The notes under the pieces are model-generated. The model saw nothing but the letters and a program-made list of their open reading frames with translations. It ran no database searches and was not told the DNA's origin. Made by a program: the position numbers and the translations under genes. Of a stretch of 64,000 nucleotides of DNA, positions 1 through 13,263 are shown piece by piece. Every line of letters begins with the position of its first letter. Within the stretch, counting starts at the first letter, position 1. Source of the stretch: Hypanus sabinus (taxonomy: Eukaryota); assembly GCF_030144855.1 (NCBI RefSeq), contig NC_082731.1, positions 26,288,001-26,352,000 of the forward strand. Reading direction: 5' to 3'.

Positions 1-123
1 CTTCTCTGCTACAAAATACTATAACACTAGCATGCATTTTTAGTTAAATAAGTGAAATCTAAACTGGTAAGAATGGGCTAGCTTAACTGAGAATGGGTTT
101 ATGTTATGGCATGGCTTACTGTG

Positions 124-180
124 TGGACTATGGACAGATACTCTCATTTGGTACAGGGAGCAAGCTGACAGTTTTACCAA
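124..180 (+). CDS. TRAJ: J segment, intact: DYGQILSFGTGSKLTVLP
   Basis: Nonamer ggtttatgt 96-104, 12-bp spacer, heptamer tactgtg 117-123; donor gtaagt at 181. Confidence 0.93.
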
Positions 181-345
181 GTAAGTTCAATGACATCCTT
201 AATCCGATTAACCAGTACTTTAGGATATTACTTTCAAAATCTGAATTCCTGTTTGTTATCTTTAAATCTTTGAAAACTCATGTTTTGCAAATGAACTGCA
301 TGCTTAGGATCAAATGGGGTTTCTGTACTGATGCGTAACACTGTG

Positions 346-402
346 CTTTTGCTGGCAACGAGATAATATTTGGATATGGGACCAAACTCACCGTACAACC
401 AG
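346..402 (+). CDS. TRAJ: J segment, intact: FAGNEIIFGYGTKLTVQP
   Basis: Nonamer ggtttctgt 318-326, 12-bp spacer, cactgtg 339-345; donor gtaagt at 403. Confidence 0.93.
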
Positions 403-1619
403 GTAAGTGCGGTGATGCCAGACTCTGGAGTCCTCTGTTCATAACTATCGTGAGATTGTTAGAATTAAAACAGTAAATAGTTTCCCAGGTCCTCTGTAGA
501 GGAAGTCCTCCTTTAGAAACAGGATAGCTGAATGATAATCTAATAAAGAAAATCCCTGATTATATAGACATTATGAAAGGCAGATCAGAAGATCAGAAGA
601 TCTCTCTGATTTTGAGGAAGAACAAAATTAGACCTCATCTAAATGAGGTTGTCTAATAGATTCCATTCATTATAGCATTCTATGCATAAGGAGGAGATAT
701 AAAGCAGATGTATGTCAGATTTAGCCGAGATACCTCGTGGGAAATTCAAGCAAGACCTGTATGAAGGAATATTTAGAGAGGTACAAAAGGGAGGAAGTAC
801 AGGCAAGTTGGATTCTCAATTAGATCAATTGACGGAAAGAAGAGACGACAATTCTAAGTGTTAAGATGCAGGTAAGGAAGGGGGAGAAAAAATAGATAGA
901 CTTGACCTAAATGCTCTATAGTTTAGAACAAAGGGAGGGCATCATCTTTGAAGCTACCTCACTGGGGTGGACCGTGGTGTATGTTCTCTTGGTTGAGGAA
1001 TCAAGAACCATGCGTCACAAAGCCACAATAAGGGGTATGACTGGGATATGCAGCATTTCTTTCGTTTGCAGGAAGTGAATCTTTGGAATTCTCTAACCAG
1101 ATCGGAGAACTGTGAAGGCTGAGACATTAATTTCATTCAAAACGGCGTAGGCTGGTATTTGGATTCATGATAATAGGTGGGATCGAGGGATATGAAGTTA
1201 ATGAGTAATAATATCTGTCATGATCTTGAAGATTGGAGAGCAGGAAAAAAGGTCGAAGGGCCCAGCTCCTATTGTCTTGCTAAAGGTTCAGGACGTCGGA
1301 TTGCCATCAGGACTGGTGGTGAAATAAAGGGAAAACAAGTATTGGGATTCTATATGTAGGGGAGCGGAAGGTGGAGTACTTTAGAAGAAGCAGGACAACT
1401 GAATGGTGGTGACCACCGTGTGAGTAGCAGAGGCAGAACTGAAAGAGAAGGAAATTAGAAAATAATTTTGCATCAAAATGGGCTGCAGGAATTATATCAT
1501 TGAAATCATCCAACGCATTAAAAAAAAACAAAAAAAGAACAAAAGCGGACCTTCCCTTAGTGTGTATTGGAAGAAATAAAGTTATTCAATGGATTTTTGT
1601 TTGAGGGTATGATGGTGTG

Positions 1620-1679
1620 TGAATGATAACACCGGCAGGCTGACATTTGGATCTGGAACAAGGCTTAAAGTTCAACCCA
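1620..1679 (+). CDS. TRAJ: J segment, intact: NDNTGRLTFGSGTRLKVQP
   Basis: Nonamer gatttttgt 1592-1600, 12-bp spacer, heptamer tggtgtg 1613-1619 (keeps the invariant GTG); donor gtgagt at 1680. Confidence 0.88.
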
Positions 1680-3084
1680 GTGAGTGGTTTAACATCTCCT
1701 CGCTTTTTTGCATAACCTTTTAAACTGTGTGCAACACAATTTATTTTTAAAAACAAAAGGTGTTTTCAATCTCATTGTCAATCTTACCATAATCAATGAG
1801 TAAACTAAAGTGGTTTTTCATATGTGTTGCTTGTAGAAAAATATATAACTAAATTGAACTTCTCTCGGAATGTGTAACATTCTTCACTAATGTGATAAGG
1901 GTTTCCAAATTCATGAATGGTAGTTGAGATTTAAACTGCCCGAATGAGTAATACGACCCAATTATTCTGAGGCTCTTAAATGCTTTGTTATATCCCCTGC
2001 TAACATGATGGAACTGTGTATTTTTATGGTTTCTATAACTCTGTACAGTTCCCTGGTACAATTAAGGGATTTTAACTCTATTGTGGTAATGGAGATCTCT
2101 ATCGTTAATATCTGACCAGCCAGAGTAATCACACGGCTAATGGCCAAAGGAAAATCATGACACAACTGGACCGTAAAACATCATAACTCCACTGATTTAA
2201 TTGAATTACCTCTCCATGTTTTGCCCTACATAATGTTTGGGTTTGAAGCAAAAAGCACAAATTCCCCTACTGTCCTTTCTATTCTCATCACCATGGATAA
2301 TTTGCCTCATTGACATCTGACACATGCCTTCGCCCCTCAAGTCCAATTCCACTTTCCTCTATCTGTCCCATCTCGGGGATTTACAGCAAACATGTTTCGG
2401 TATCTTTGCGCTCTGTCACGGAAGCAGACGCTTGGAACAACCAAGCAACGGATGACCCATTCTTTCTGTTGAGACTATTTAAGTGCCTTTTAGAGGGTAT
2501 GGAATTTCCATACCCTGTCCTGGGCTACGTCGTTAATATAATGCCAATAACATTCGCAATTCAACCTAAAATCAGTCAGTGCAAATGTTCATTCAGTTAC
2601 AAAATACTTAATATCCTTCTGTATTTTAGCAACTTGAAATCCATACCAACTGTACGTTATTGCCAGACAAAAATAGCGCAATCTCGAGTGACGTAGGGGT
2701 CAAATGGAAAATGACATAGCATACATGGGTTCGGTAAATATCGTCCTTTGAACCGATGTGACATTACTACCGTGGAAATATTCTAGTTTATTTTCAATGA
2801 AGCATATGGTGCTTCAGAAGTTGGATTATACTAGTGAAGTGAAGACAATACGTTTTTGGCACTGACTCGCTCCTCTATGGTCCCTTGGAATATAACTGAG
2901 ATCAGTTTCAGAAGTGGAATTGCAATCTCTGTAGATACTGTCAGCAGTGCATCAAATTGAATGTGTGTTGAGTCAAAGGTTACATAGAAACGTAATGTTC
3001 TTGAGGTTATTAGCTGTTGACCAGTGTGAAACGCGACATTGGAATAGAGCGATAGGTATTTGCACTGATATGACATGCAATGTG

Positions 3085-3136
3085 ATATATGACAAGCTGG
3101 CGTTTGGGTCAATATCCAACCCAACAGTAATACCAA
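3085..3136 (+). pseudogene. TRAJ: Pseudo-J: IYDKLAFGSISNPTVIP
   Basis: Heptamer-like caatgtg 3078-3084, FGSI instead of FGXG, nonamer mis-spaced, donor mutated (ggaagt). Confidence 0.6.
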
Positions 3137-3997
3137 GGAAGTAAATTGTGATAAGAATTCCATAGGTGGAAGATAATGGATCAATGGTTTAGAGTGTTAG
3201 TTACAAAGTCCATGATCCTATCTTCGTTGTCCCATTATTAATATATAACCAAATCAGCTAATATATATTCCAGAGTATCTTGTCAAATTAGCGATTTCCC
3301 CAATATTATGTAACAGAAACAGACATTTGCACCAGTTGTCATTGGGCTCATTTTTTCTTACCCTTGGCTCGGTCTCACAACTCTGCGCAAACAAAGGTTG
3401 TTTAACGTGTTTGTTACTATCCTCATTCATCTACCTAGCCTCGTCCTATCAGATATCTCCCCCCCCCACTCTCTCCCCTACTGAAAACTCCGTTTGCTTT
3501 TGTTCTTTCCATTCCAGGACACAAACCGCTTATTGTTTTACTTTACACAGTTGCAGGCTGACCTATCGAGTGTTTCCACCTTTTTCAGGTTTTATTTTAA
3601 ATTTCTACTATCAGCAGTTATCATTTTCCACTGTTTACTGGATCATTTTGTGACTTCTTCACTATTGCTCATCTACACCTGGGAGAAAAGTTTGGAATCT
3701 ATTACTAAAATCCTTATATTAAACTGGGACTAAACTAAAACCTTTGGGCATTGTTGAAAACTAGCATCACATGTTTGTTTTAATTGCAAGAGGAATTTCT
3801 TAGAGAACCTTGCCTTCGGGAGATTTGCCTTGATAAAAACAAAGCTAAGAACAGGAGAAAACAATTTTAACTGAGATTTACCAATTCAAGTTCAACGAGA
3901 CTAAATGAATAGTTGCTAATGAGGTTGTCAATGAAAATTAACTAAACAGTGTGAATTGGCTAACAAATTGCTTTTTGTAGAGGGGGCAGTCACTGTG

Positions 3998-4054
3998 TGA
4001 ATTTTGCAGAACAGTTAATATTTGGAAGCGGAACGAGAGTGACTGTTGAACCCA
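3998..4054 (+). CDS. TRAJ: J segment, intact: NFAEQLIFGSGTRVTVEP
   Basis: Nonamer gctttttgt 3970-3978, 12-bp spacer, cactgtg 3991-3997; donor at 4055. Confidence 0.93.
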
Positions 4055-4352
4055 GTAAGTAAATAAATGGAACCTCCGAAAGAACAATTTACCTAAAGAA
4101 CAGAGAACGTGATCAGTTTTTAATACTGCGTGTAACTTTTGTTAGATGATGTGATAAAATTCTCAAGATGTTTTATCCTTCATTATTATGGATAGGCTTT
4201 GCAAATGATATCCTCGGGTTAGAGAAATTGTTAAGTAAAATTAGCATTATATTTTGTGAAAGCTCTTTTTGAAGGATGGGCTGCATTTTTCAAAGATAAG
4301 ATAGGCACTAGATTGGCCAGAAAGTATTTTTGCAGGAGGGCCAGGCACTGTG

Positions 4353-4415
4353 TGAATCTTGGAGGCAATAACAAGCTGATATTTGGAGGAGGAACTAGAC
4401 TAATTGTAGAACCCA
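4353..4415 (+). CDS. TRAJ: J segment, intact: NLGGNNKLIFGGGTRLIVEP
   Basis: Nonamer tatttttgc 4325-4333, 12-bp spacer, cactgtg 4346-4352; donor at 4416. Confidence 0.92.
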
Positions 4416-4921
4416 GTAAGTGCGATGTTTGCATTAGTTCTCATAACTTAGTAGAAAGATACGTTTTAACTTTAATTAAGAGATTGGACCATTTAAAAAT
4501 CCAAGGGATATACAGTAGTTTGTCTCATTCTAAGCAAAATGTGTATAAGTTTTACTTCATAATTTATGTTCCAACAGCGATTTCTACCATACACTTGTCA
4601 CAAAAAGCAACCAAACAAAACTCAGTCGAATACCATGTTCCAGCAGCTAGTTATGCAAGCAGACACATATAGACAGGCAAATACATGACAGGATATACGG
4701 ACAGAAAGAGCGGATGGAAAAGGAAAAAAAAACTTACTGGTCAGACAAATATACGGGTAACATTTCTAGAAGGATATACAAAGAGCTTGATGGGGGGACG
4801 GTTAGGAGGTGGATAAGGAATCACTCCAACCAAAATATGTCACTGTTTTCAATACCGTATAGGACTGGAGCAAATCACAAAAAGATAAGTAAGAACTATA
4901 AATAGGTGTAGGGCAAGGAGG

Positions 4922-4962
4922 AAATTATGGAGGCAGCAATTTAATATTTGGAATTTGAACCA
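4922..4962 (+). pseudogene. TRAJ: Pseudo-J remnant: NYGGSNLIFG...EP with internal deletion, no RSS
   Basis: aattatggaggcagcaatttaatatttgga then tttgaacca, gtaagt at 4963; no heptamer upstream. Confidence 0.7.
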
Positions 4963-5261
4963 GTAAGTTGGTACCCCTCATGCTTGTTTCCTTCAGTGTA
5001 TTCCAATAGTTAGTGCAGGAGTATGTCAAAGATTAGAAACCTTTACTTATATTTTTGGGAAGGTGAATGATTATTTGTGGATCTCAGTAAGCATTGTACT
5101 TTGATAAATAAGGCTCCAGATCTGCAGAAAGAAAAGGCTATTTTCCGAACTGTTCAAGGAAGTTTATCAAACAAGGGACGATATGTATTTAATCCGTTAA
5201 ATAAAATGATCAATAAGCGAGATATGGAGGAATTTACGACTGTAAAATTTATTTCGGTGTG

Positions 5262-5322
5262 TATTCTGGCGGACTTATCAAATTAGTATTTGGAGGTGAC
5301 ACTTGACTTATTCTTAATGCTT
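5262..5322 (+). pseudogene. TRAJ: Pseudo-J: YSGGLIKLVFGGDT*LILNA
   Basis: Heptamer-like cggtgtg 5255-5261, in-frame TGA, degenerate donor. Confidence 0.65.
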
Positions 5323-5616
5323 GTGTTAACCAATATTGAAAATTAGTTTTCAAGCAAATTCTATATTCTGAATTACATTACATTTGTAAAGGAATAACAA
5401 ACGGTTACCTTGTTTTCTGTAATAACAGAGTACATAATATGTGAACACAACTGAATCTACACCGATTCATTACACAGAATGAAATGTAAATGTTTTAACA
5501 ACTGAACATGGGCAAGGTGACCAAACTTTCATTGTGCAGTATGAATATAAGACTCTATAGGAAAAGTTCAATTTGAGACCAGGGAAGGAGTTTATGTCCT
5601 GGTATGTAGTGCTGTG

Positions 5617-5673
5617 TGAGTAACATCGATCAGATAACATTTGGATCTGGAACCAATTTAAAGGTGAAACCCA
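5617..5673 (+). CDS. TRAJ: J segment, intact: SNIDQITFGSGTNLKVKP
   Basis: Nonamer agtttatgt 5589-5597, 12-bp spacer, tgctgtg 5610-5616; donor at 5674. Confidence 0.9.
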
Positions 5674-7035
5674 GTAAGTCCGATTCATCATGTCACATCG
5701 CTACATTATGTGTGTTGGAATGTAGTTTTGGTGTTAGATGTAGGTTTACATTTACTTAAAGAGAATTGTGGAGATTGGGAGTGAATGAGAGTATAACCTA
5801 TTAAGTGAATTCTACCCAATGGTTTAACACGAGGAAAACAATAACTAAACTAAAAGAGGCATTCAAAATTGGTAACTATTAATATAAGGTAGAAAGTAGC
5901 CAAATTAGTGAATATTTCATGAATCGAAAAGGGATTGAAGAGATCGCCTTCTCGCCCAAAGAATAATTTATAGGAAGTGCATACTGCGACTTGAATATGA
6001 TTCTTGGACATTTATTGACCTCAGGATAATGGGTGCAGGAAGAAAGAGCCAAATCAAGTTGAAGTTGTTGTGGAAGAAATAGACCATCCACAGGGAATAC
6101 CTCTGAGAAAATAAGATTGGTGACAAAAGCAGCAAATGCTGGAAACACTCATAAATTAGTCAGATGGCAACATCTTCCCACTCTCTGATCCACTCTCCCC
6201 GACCTTCCCTCAAGCTCAGAACGAAGCTCTTTTCTATCTTCCCCAGTTATAATCAAAGGTCTATGAAGCGCTCATTGCTTCTCCCTCCACTGACGCTGCC
6301 CGACCTGCTGAATTTTTCCAGTATTATGTGATTTTCCATAGTAATCATTAAGAGGTTAATAACTTTGGGAAGTTTTCTGGAAGAGTGCAAAGGTTGTATA
6401 TTAGCATACGACATAGAAGAAGGCCACTCAACCCATTGTGCCTCTGCCTGTTCCTATAGTAATCAATTCTCCTTCTAATTTTCTGTAATACCTTTTCCCA
6501 CCACGACCTCGACAATTCTTCCTCCCACCTCACCTGCAGCAGCTCAAGGCAGTCTACGAACCTACGTCCACCATATTTTTGGGATGTAGAAAATAAAGGA
6601 GCATCCTCGGGGGACAGGATAGAGAGATAGAATTTACTGAGCAAATGAGCGCAAACGATACAGAAATTAGGGAGGTGACTTTCACTGACACAGATTTGTT
6701 TTAAGAATCAATGATACATAAGTAACTCTAAGGAGAAAAGGATCATAAGAAATTATGTGTATGATTCTCTTGAAGCATTACAGATAAGTTTTAATGATTA
6801 TGTTACCTTCCCTTATAGAAGCTAAGTTGCAAACGAACTCATTGTCTGATGAGGCTGATGTTGAGCAGGATAGATAGTAAAAGACTTGAAACTATTTAAT
6901 AACATGAAAATATCTTGAAGCAAAGAAACTTTAAATGGAGGTGGCTTAGCGCTCTCTAATTACATTATGCTGAGTAATGCGATGTGCACAACGTTAAAAG
7001 TTGCGTGTGTATTTGTAAGGGGGTCAAGCACTGTG

Positions 7036-7098
7036 TGGGTTATGGAGGCAGCACTGAACTAATATTTGGGGCCGGCACTCGAGTAATTGTTGAACCAA
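7036..7098 (+). CDS. TRAJ: J segment, intact: GYGGSTELIFGAGTRVIVEP
   Basis: Nonamer tgtatttgt 7008-7016, 12-bp spacer, cactgtg 7029-7035; donor at 7099. Confidence 0.92.
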
Positions 7099-7241
7099 GT
7101 AAGTATTGACAGGACCACTACATCTGACAACAGCAAAAAAAACTCACATATTCAGAACTTCCGCTATATTTTCGAGGATGTTAAACTGTCAGTCACACAG
7201 TTGTAGCAAAGCTATCGAGAGGTGGGCAGGTATACGGATAA

Positions 7242-7242
<1 letters not shown>

Positions 7243-7318
<76 letters not shown>
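7243..7318. repeat. (TAGA)n microsatellite, about 19 units
   Basis: Perfect tetranucleotide run. Confidence 0.97.
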
Positions 7319-7511
7319 AGAAAATAGATAGATCCGTAGATGGAGAGTGAGTTGCAGGGATACAGTGAAATTCAGATAGATACACAAGCGGACATACAAA
7401 TTGACCAATTCATAAGCACCTTAAATTGAGTACTTATGTGCATTATTGCTTCAAACAATTTGCTAATATTGCATTTAAAAGTTCTATTTTGTCAGAGGGT
7501 TGATCCATCTG

Positions 7512-7571
7512 AATGGAATACAGGCAGCAAGCTAATAAATGGAAGTGGAATCAGAATGAAGGTAGAACCAA
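7512..7571 (+). pseudogene. TRAJ: Pseudo-J: WNTGSKLINGSGIRMKVEP
   Basis: Nonamer ctattttgt 7484-7492 with 12-bp spacer, but heptamer ccatctg, F to N in FGXG, donor gtgttg. Confidence 0.75.
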
Positions 7572-7816
7572 GTGTTGGCATTCCTAATGCAACTTACATT
7601 TCGATTTCACTCTGTTAGCGCACAAAGCGTGTGTTGATGGTTGTAAACTCGTTTTTATATTTGCAGGGAGAATTTTCTGAAATCTGTGCCTCAGCTGGCA
7701 TTGTATTTTGCAGGAATAATGTTTCAAATCTGAAAGTAAGCTTTTTTCTCCAGATTAATGACGACCACTTGACGAATAGGTGAAAGGTTGAGTTTATATT
7801 CGAGTTAAAATTAGCA

Positions 7817-9660
7817 ATATAACCATATAACCATATAACAATCACAGCACGGAAACAGGCCATCTTGGCCCTCCTAGTCCGTGCCGAACACTTAATCTCA
7901 CCTAGTCCCACCTACCCGCACTCAGCCCATAACCCTCCACTCCTTTCCTGTCCATATACCTATCCAATTTTACCTTAAATGACACAACTGAACTGGCCTC
8001 TACTACTTCTACAGGAAGCTCATTCCACACAGCTATCACTCTTTGAGTAAAGAAATATCCCCTCGTGTTTCCTTTAAACTTCTGCCCCCTAACTCTCAAA
8101 TCATGTCCTCTAGTTTGAATCTCCCCTACTCTCAATGGAAACAGCCTGTTCACGTCAACTCTATCTATCCCTCTCAAAATTTTAAATACCTCGATCAAAT
8201 CCCCCCTCAACCTTCTACGCTCCAATGAATAGAGACCTAACTTGTTCAACCTTTCTCTGTAACTTAATTGCTGAAACCCAGGTAACATCCTAGTAAATCG
8301 TCTCTGCACTCTCTCTAATTTATTGATATCTTTCCTATAATTCGGTGACCAGAACTGCACACAATATGCAAAATTTGGCCTTACCAATGCCTTGTACAAC
8401 TTTAGCAGTACATCCCAACTTCTGTACTCAATGTTTTGATTTATAAAGGCCAGCGTTCCAAAAGCCCTCTTCACCACCCTATCTACATGAGACTCCACTT
8501 TCAGGGAACTATGCACAGTTATTCCTAGATCTCTCTGTTCCTCTGCATTCCTCAATGCACTACCATTTACTCTATTTTTTCTATTTATATGTTCTATTTG
8601 GATTATTCCTGCCAAAATGTAGAACCTCACACTTCTCAGCATTAAACTCCATCTGCCAACGTTCAGCCCATTCTTCTAACCGGCATAAATCTCCCTGCAA
8701 GCTTTGAAAATCCACCTCATTATCCACAACACCTCCTACCTTAGTATCATCGGCATACTTACTAATCCAATTTACCACCCCATCATCCAGATCATTTATG
8801 TATATTACAAACAACATTGGGCCCTTAACAGATCCCTGAGGCACCCCGCTAGTCACCGGCCTCCATCCCGATAAACAATTATCCACCACTACTCTCTGGC
8901 ATCTCCCATCTAGCCACTGTTGAATCCATTTTATTACTCCAGCATTAATACCTAACGACTGAACCTTCTTAACTAACCTTCCATGTGGAACTTTGTCAAA
9001 GGCTTTGCTGAAGTCCATATAGACTACATCCACTGCCTTACCCTCGTCAACATTCCTCGTAACTTCTTCAAAAAATTCAATAAGGTTTGTCAAACATGAC
9101 CTTCCACGCACAAATCCATGCTGGCTACTTCTAATCGGATCCGGTCTATCCAGATAATTATAAATACTATCTCTAAGAATACTTTCCATTAATTTACCCA
9201 CCACTGATGTCAAACTGACAGGTCTATAATTGCTAGGCTTCCTTCTAGAACCCTTTTTAAACAATGGAACCACATGAGCAATACGCCAATCCTCCGGCAC
9301 AATCCCCGTTTCTAATGACATATTAAAGATCTCCGTCAGAGCTCCTGCTATTTCTACACAAACTTCCCTCAAGGTCCTGGGGAATATCCTGTCAGGATCC
9401 GGAGATTTATCCACTTTTAAATTTCTTAAAAGCGCCAGTACCTCCACCTCTTTAATCGTCATAGGTTCCATAACTTCCTTACATGTTTCCCACACCTTAG
9501 ACAATTCAATATCCTTCTCCTTAGTGAATACCGAAGAGTAGAAATCATTCAAAATCTCTCCCATCTCCTTCGTTTCCACGCATAGCTGGCCACTCTGATT
9601 CTCTAAGGGGCCAATTTTATCCCTCACTATCCTCTTGCTTTTAATATAACTGTAGAAACC
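7817..9660 (-). mobile_element. 5'-truncated CR1-like LINE, reverse transcriptase region and 3' tail
   Basis: ORFs 8581-9627 (NYRPVSLTS, QHGFVRGRSCLTNL, DFSKAFDKVPH, GVPQGS, YADD) and 7902-8642 (IEYRSWDVLLKLYKALVRP, ERRRLRGDLIEVFK) form one RT, split by a ~13-nt insertion near 8575. Short tandem (ccatataa) tail at ~7817-7839. Confidence 0.95.
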
Positions 9661-9728
9661 TATGACAATAGTATACTGGTGACACTGGGAATATCCATTA
9701 ATCTGGGCTCAGAAGATCATTTACTAAA

Positions 9729-9790
9729 TAGGTTTTCAGGGTTAAATAAATAGATGTTTTGCAGAGGCACCAAATTTATTGTTAATCCTG
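9729..9790 (+). pseudogene. TRAJ: Pseudo-J: FSGLNK*MFCRGTKFIVNP
   Basis: Heptamer decayed (tactaaa), stop codon, donor ataag; paralogous to the intact J at 25084. Confidence 0.65.
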
Positions 9791-10636
9791 ATAAGATGTT
9801 AATATTGTTAATACTGAATATCAGTTTTCAAGTAAATTCGATATTCTGGCCATCCTAACATGGATGCCAAGAGATTGCAGCTGCATTTTGGGACTTTGAG
9901 ACTACCAATACATCAAAAGAACTGAATCTACAAGGATATTATCCATCAGATAAAATTAAATTAGATAATTAATTTAAATAAAAATTAGATATTTAATTTA
10001 AATGCAAATTAACATAATGGGCCGAAGTGACTGCTTTAAGTTCTTGAAATCTAAAGCTCCACAACATGGGCTGAATTCTGGCGAAAGGTCTTCACAATTC
10101 ACTATACTCCTCTCTTTTCTCTCAGATACTGTATCACCTGCTGAGTGTTACCAGTATTGTCTGTTTTGAATGGAATTGGTTAGTTGTTCAATGAGGATGT
10201 GATCATCTAGGGAAAATGAAAATGGAATTTATTAAGAGCAAGCAAGTAAGGGTGTACGATAAGGAAATGACTGTATTCTTTTCCAACACTGAACTTTTCT
10301 ACGGAGAATCACGTATCTAGAGAGCACTCCGACGAGGAATAGAATTACATAGATACCTGTGTACTGATTTCCTTTGAATCATACAGATAAACATTCTTTT
10401 TGTCGGGCTATATTACTTCGTGGCAACTAAGTTGGCCAGGATTTCGATGCCTTATGCTGCAGGTATTGGGGAAGAGTCAAGGGAATTATATAGGTCCAAG
10501 AAAGATTTCAACCTATTCAGAAAAAAAAATAGAGTAGATTGAAGAAGAATTCTTAGCTTTAAAAGGCTTGCCAATGTTTAGAAGAAGACTCTAACAAAGA
10601 CCAATGGGTGTATTTGTAAGGGACCCAGGCACTGTG

Positions 10637-10699
10637 TGGGCAATGGAGTCAACACTGGGTTAACATTTGGAACCGGGACTCGGGTAATTGTAGAGCCAA
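10637..10699 (+). CDS. TRAJ: J segment, intact: GNGVNTGLTFGTGTRVIVEP
   Basis: Nonamer tgtatttgt 10609-10617, 12-bp spacer, cactgtg 10630-10636; donor at 10700. Confidence 0.92.
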
Positions 10700-11049
10700 G
10701 TAAGTGGTGAGAAAGCCATTCTGTCCTTCACTGAAAAAGAGTCGCACTTTCAGTATTGTTGCTGCATCTTCACTGATAATAAAATGGCCATCACGCAAAT
10801 TAATTTAAACCACAGGCATGCGGATGGACATACAGATAGATAAACAGAGTAAAACATTGAGAAGTAGAGAGATGGCAGGCTGTAGATAGGGAGTTAGAGA
10901 GAAAGAGAAATGAGCACAGACAGACATATAGCTGCATAGATAGGTAATATGAATTTGCAAGAAATCGGTTGCTGACTGTCATGTTGCTTCATTCAGTTAG
11001 CCAATATTAAATTGTCCTGGGGTATTTTGTAAGGGGGTTCAGCACTGTG

Positions 11050-11106
11050 TGAACTATGCAAACAAGCTCATATTTGGAAGTGGAACCAGGGTGACTGTAG
11101 AACCCA
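11050..11106 (+). CDS. TRAJ: J segment, intact: NYANKLIFGSGTRVTVEP
   Basis: Nonamer gtattttgt 11022-11030, 12-bp spacer, cactgtg 11043-11049; donor at 11107. Confidence 0.93.
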
Positions 11107-11415
11107 GTAAGTACAGGCATTCCTCATATGTACTCTATTTTGATGACTTCCGTCTGTCAGTGCAAGAGCTTGTCAATAATTGACCGTTCGCGGTTACATT
11201 TTGAGGAGGCATTTAACTAATTGCGGGTCCTAGTAACAATTATTGTACTTTGAATGAATGATGCCTGGAATCTGAAAGTAAGCTATTCTGCCAACGTATC
11301 AAGAAAAATTGCTAAATAAGTGATGAATATTTCTTTGAAATAAAATAATCAATGGTAATAGTGCACAGGAAGCAGTCTCGAAACGGTGTTCTAGCCAGGC
11401 GGGTCATTTATCGTG

Positions 11416-11478
11416 TGGGTTCTGGAGGACTGGACGAAAATGTATTCGAACTCTTCACCAGACATATTGTGAATACTA
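11416..11478 (+). pseudogene. TRAJ: Pseudo-J: GSGGLDENVFELFTRHIVNT
   Basis: Degenerate RSS (heptamer tatcgtg), FGXG lost, gtaag donor at 11479. Confidence 0.65.
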
Positions 11479-11791
11479 GTAAGATGGCAACATTATAATC
11501 CAGTTTAAAGCAAGTGCTATATTCTGGTCGATATAATATGATGCAAGTAGTGGGTGCTGAGAGAGTTCAACAGTATTTTTAATAATTCAGGTAGGCTCTT
11601 CTAACACGTAGATGCAACTAAGATCTACACAGATCCAACTTATTGGACAGAATGATCCGATGTTAATTGGAAGTTACATTAATAAGCATGGAAGTGCTGA
11701 AACGAAAGCCTATTCCATGCTGCCGAAATCGAAGAGCCTATAACATGGGTTGAGTTTGGGACCACCTAAGGGTTTTCTATACTGATCCATA

Positions 11792-11859
11792 GTGCTTTAA
11801 CTTTAGTATGATTTGAACGTGCCGGCATTTCTGTCTGAAGCTAGTGAGGATGGGACCCA
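11792..11859 (+). pseudogene. TRAJ: Heavily decayed pseudo-J
   Basis: Nonamer-like ggttttctat upstream, ends ...ggaccca gtaagt (11860); positional paralogue of the J at 5617. Confidence 0.45.
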
Positions 11860-13200
11860 GTAAGTGCAGTTTATTATGTAGTGCCTTTATATTCTAGGTG
11901 TCTCATGCAGTTTTGTTGATGGAGGTCGGGTTGCTGGCATTAGAAGAAAACGTTAGAGTTTAAAAGAGATTGGTTAGTGGAATGTTTTATCGTGGGTATT
12001 TGTACACAAGCTTAAGAAAATTGAAATAAAAACAACTTAATAGGTGTACAAAATTCCTAGCCCTTAGACTACGGTGATGAGTAGCCGCTAATGCAACAGA
12101 AAATACGAAGGAAACTTCCTTGTCTGAGGTACATACTGCTAAATCGGATAAGATTCTTGGGCATTTGCTGTCTTTAGGGTAGTGGGGACAGTGTAGAGAA
12201 TGCAAAAATAAATAAATCAATTCAAAGTTACATAGGAGTTGGGAGGGATGTTGGGGTGACTAGGAACTTTTCTGACGGAGTGATATGAGAGACAAAATCA
12301 GAAAATACTGGAAAACCTCAGAGATCCCGCAGATGACAACATCCTGCCGTTCCCCAATCCACTCTCCCGGATTCTCTCTCATGCCCAGAACCAGCCTCTC
12401 TTCTCTCTTTCTCAGTTATTACCAAGGGCCTTTGATCTGAAGCTCTCACTGTTTCTCTCTCCACATACGCTGTCTGACCTGCTGAACTCTTCCTGTATTA
12501 TCTGATTTTCAATGGATAATACTACGTCAATAACTTTGGGAAGATTGCGAGGAGAGTGAAGTGATATATTAGCATGGGACATAGAAGTTGGCCAGTGCGG
12601 CCAAAGTGTCTCTATTTGTTCATAGCGTAATCCATCCCTCATCAAAGTTTCTCTAATACCTTTTTTTCACCATTTCCTCGACAATTCTTTCTCGCATCTC
12701 ACTTAGAGCAGTTCACAGCGGGCTACTAACCTATCGGCTCGCATATTTTAGTGATGTGAGAAAAAGACAGAGCACCCTGGGGAAGCAGGACAGAGAGAGA
12801 GAAATGACTGAGCAAACAAGGGCGAACAATAGTACTAAGGAAATGATTTTCATCCATACAGATTTTTTTTACTGAGAATCAAACATATAGACGTAATTCT
12901 AAAGAGCAATAAAATCACACAAAAATATACGCAATGATTCTCTTTAGATGAAGTAGATAAATCTTATTATTTTATTCTTTTAACTTCCCTTATGGAAGCT
13001 TAATTGCATACGAAACTACTGTCTGCATAAGGCAGATATTGAGCTGAATAGATGGTTAAAACTATTTAATAAAATGAAATTACCTTGAAAAAATGTTGCA
13101 TTGTATTGAGTTTGCGCTCACTACATTACATCTGTGGAGTAAGACGATGTGAACAATGTTAAAAGCAGTGTGATTATTTGTAAGAGGGTCAAGCACTGTG

Positions 13201-13263
13201 TAGATTATGGAGGGACTACTGGGTTAATATTTGGAACCGGCACTCGAGTGATTGTTCAACCAA
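13201..13263 (+). CDS. TRAJ: J segment, intact: DYGGTTGLIFGTGTRVIVQP
   Basis: Nonamer attatttgt 13173-13181, 12-bp spacer, cactgtg 13194-13200; donor at 13264. Confidence 0.91.

Noticed and set aside
3005-3060. ggttattag...cagtgtg as another J
   Set aside because: Only an 8-bp spacer, no FGXG, no donor; too decayed to call.
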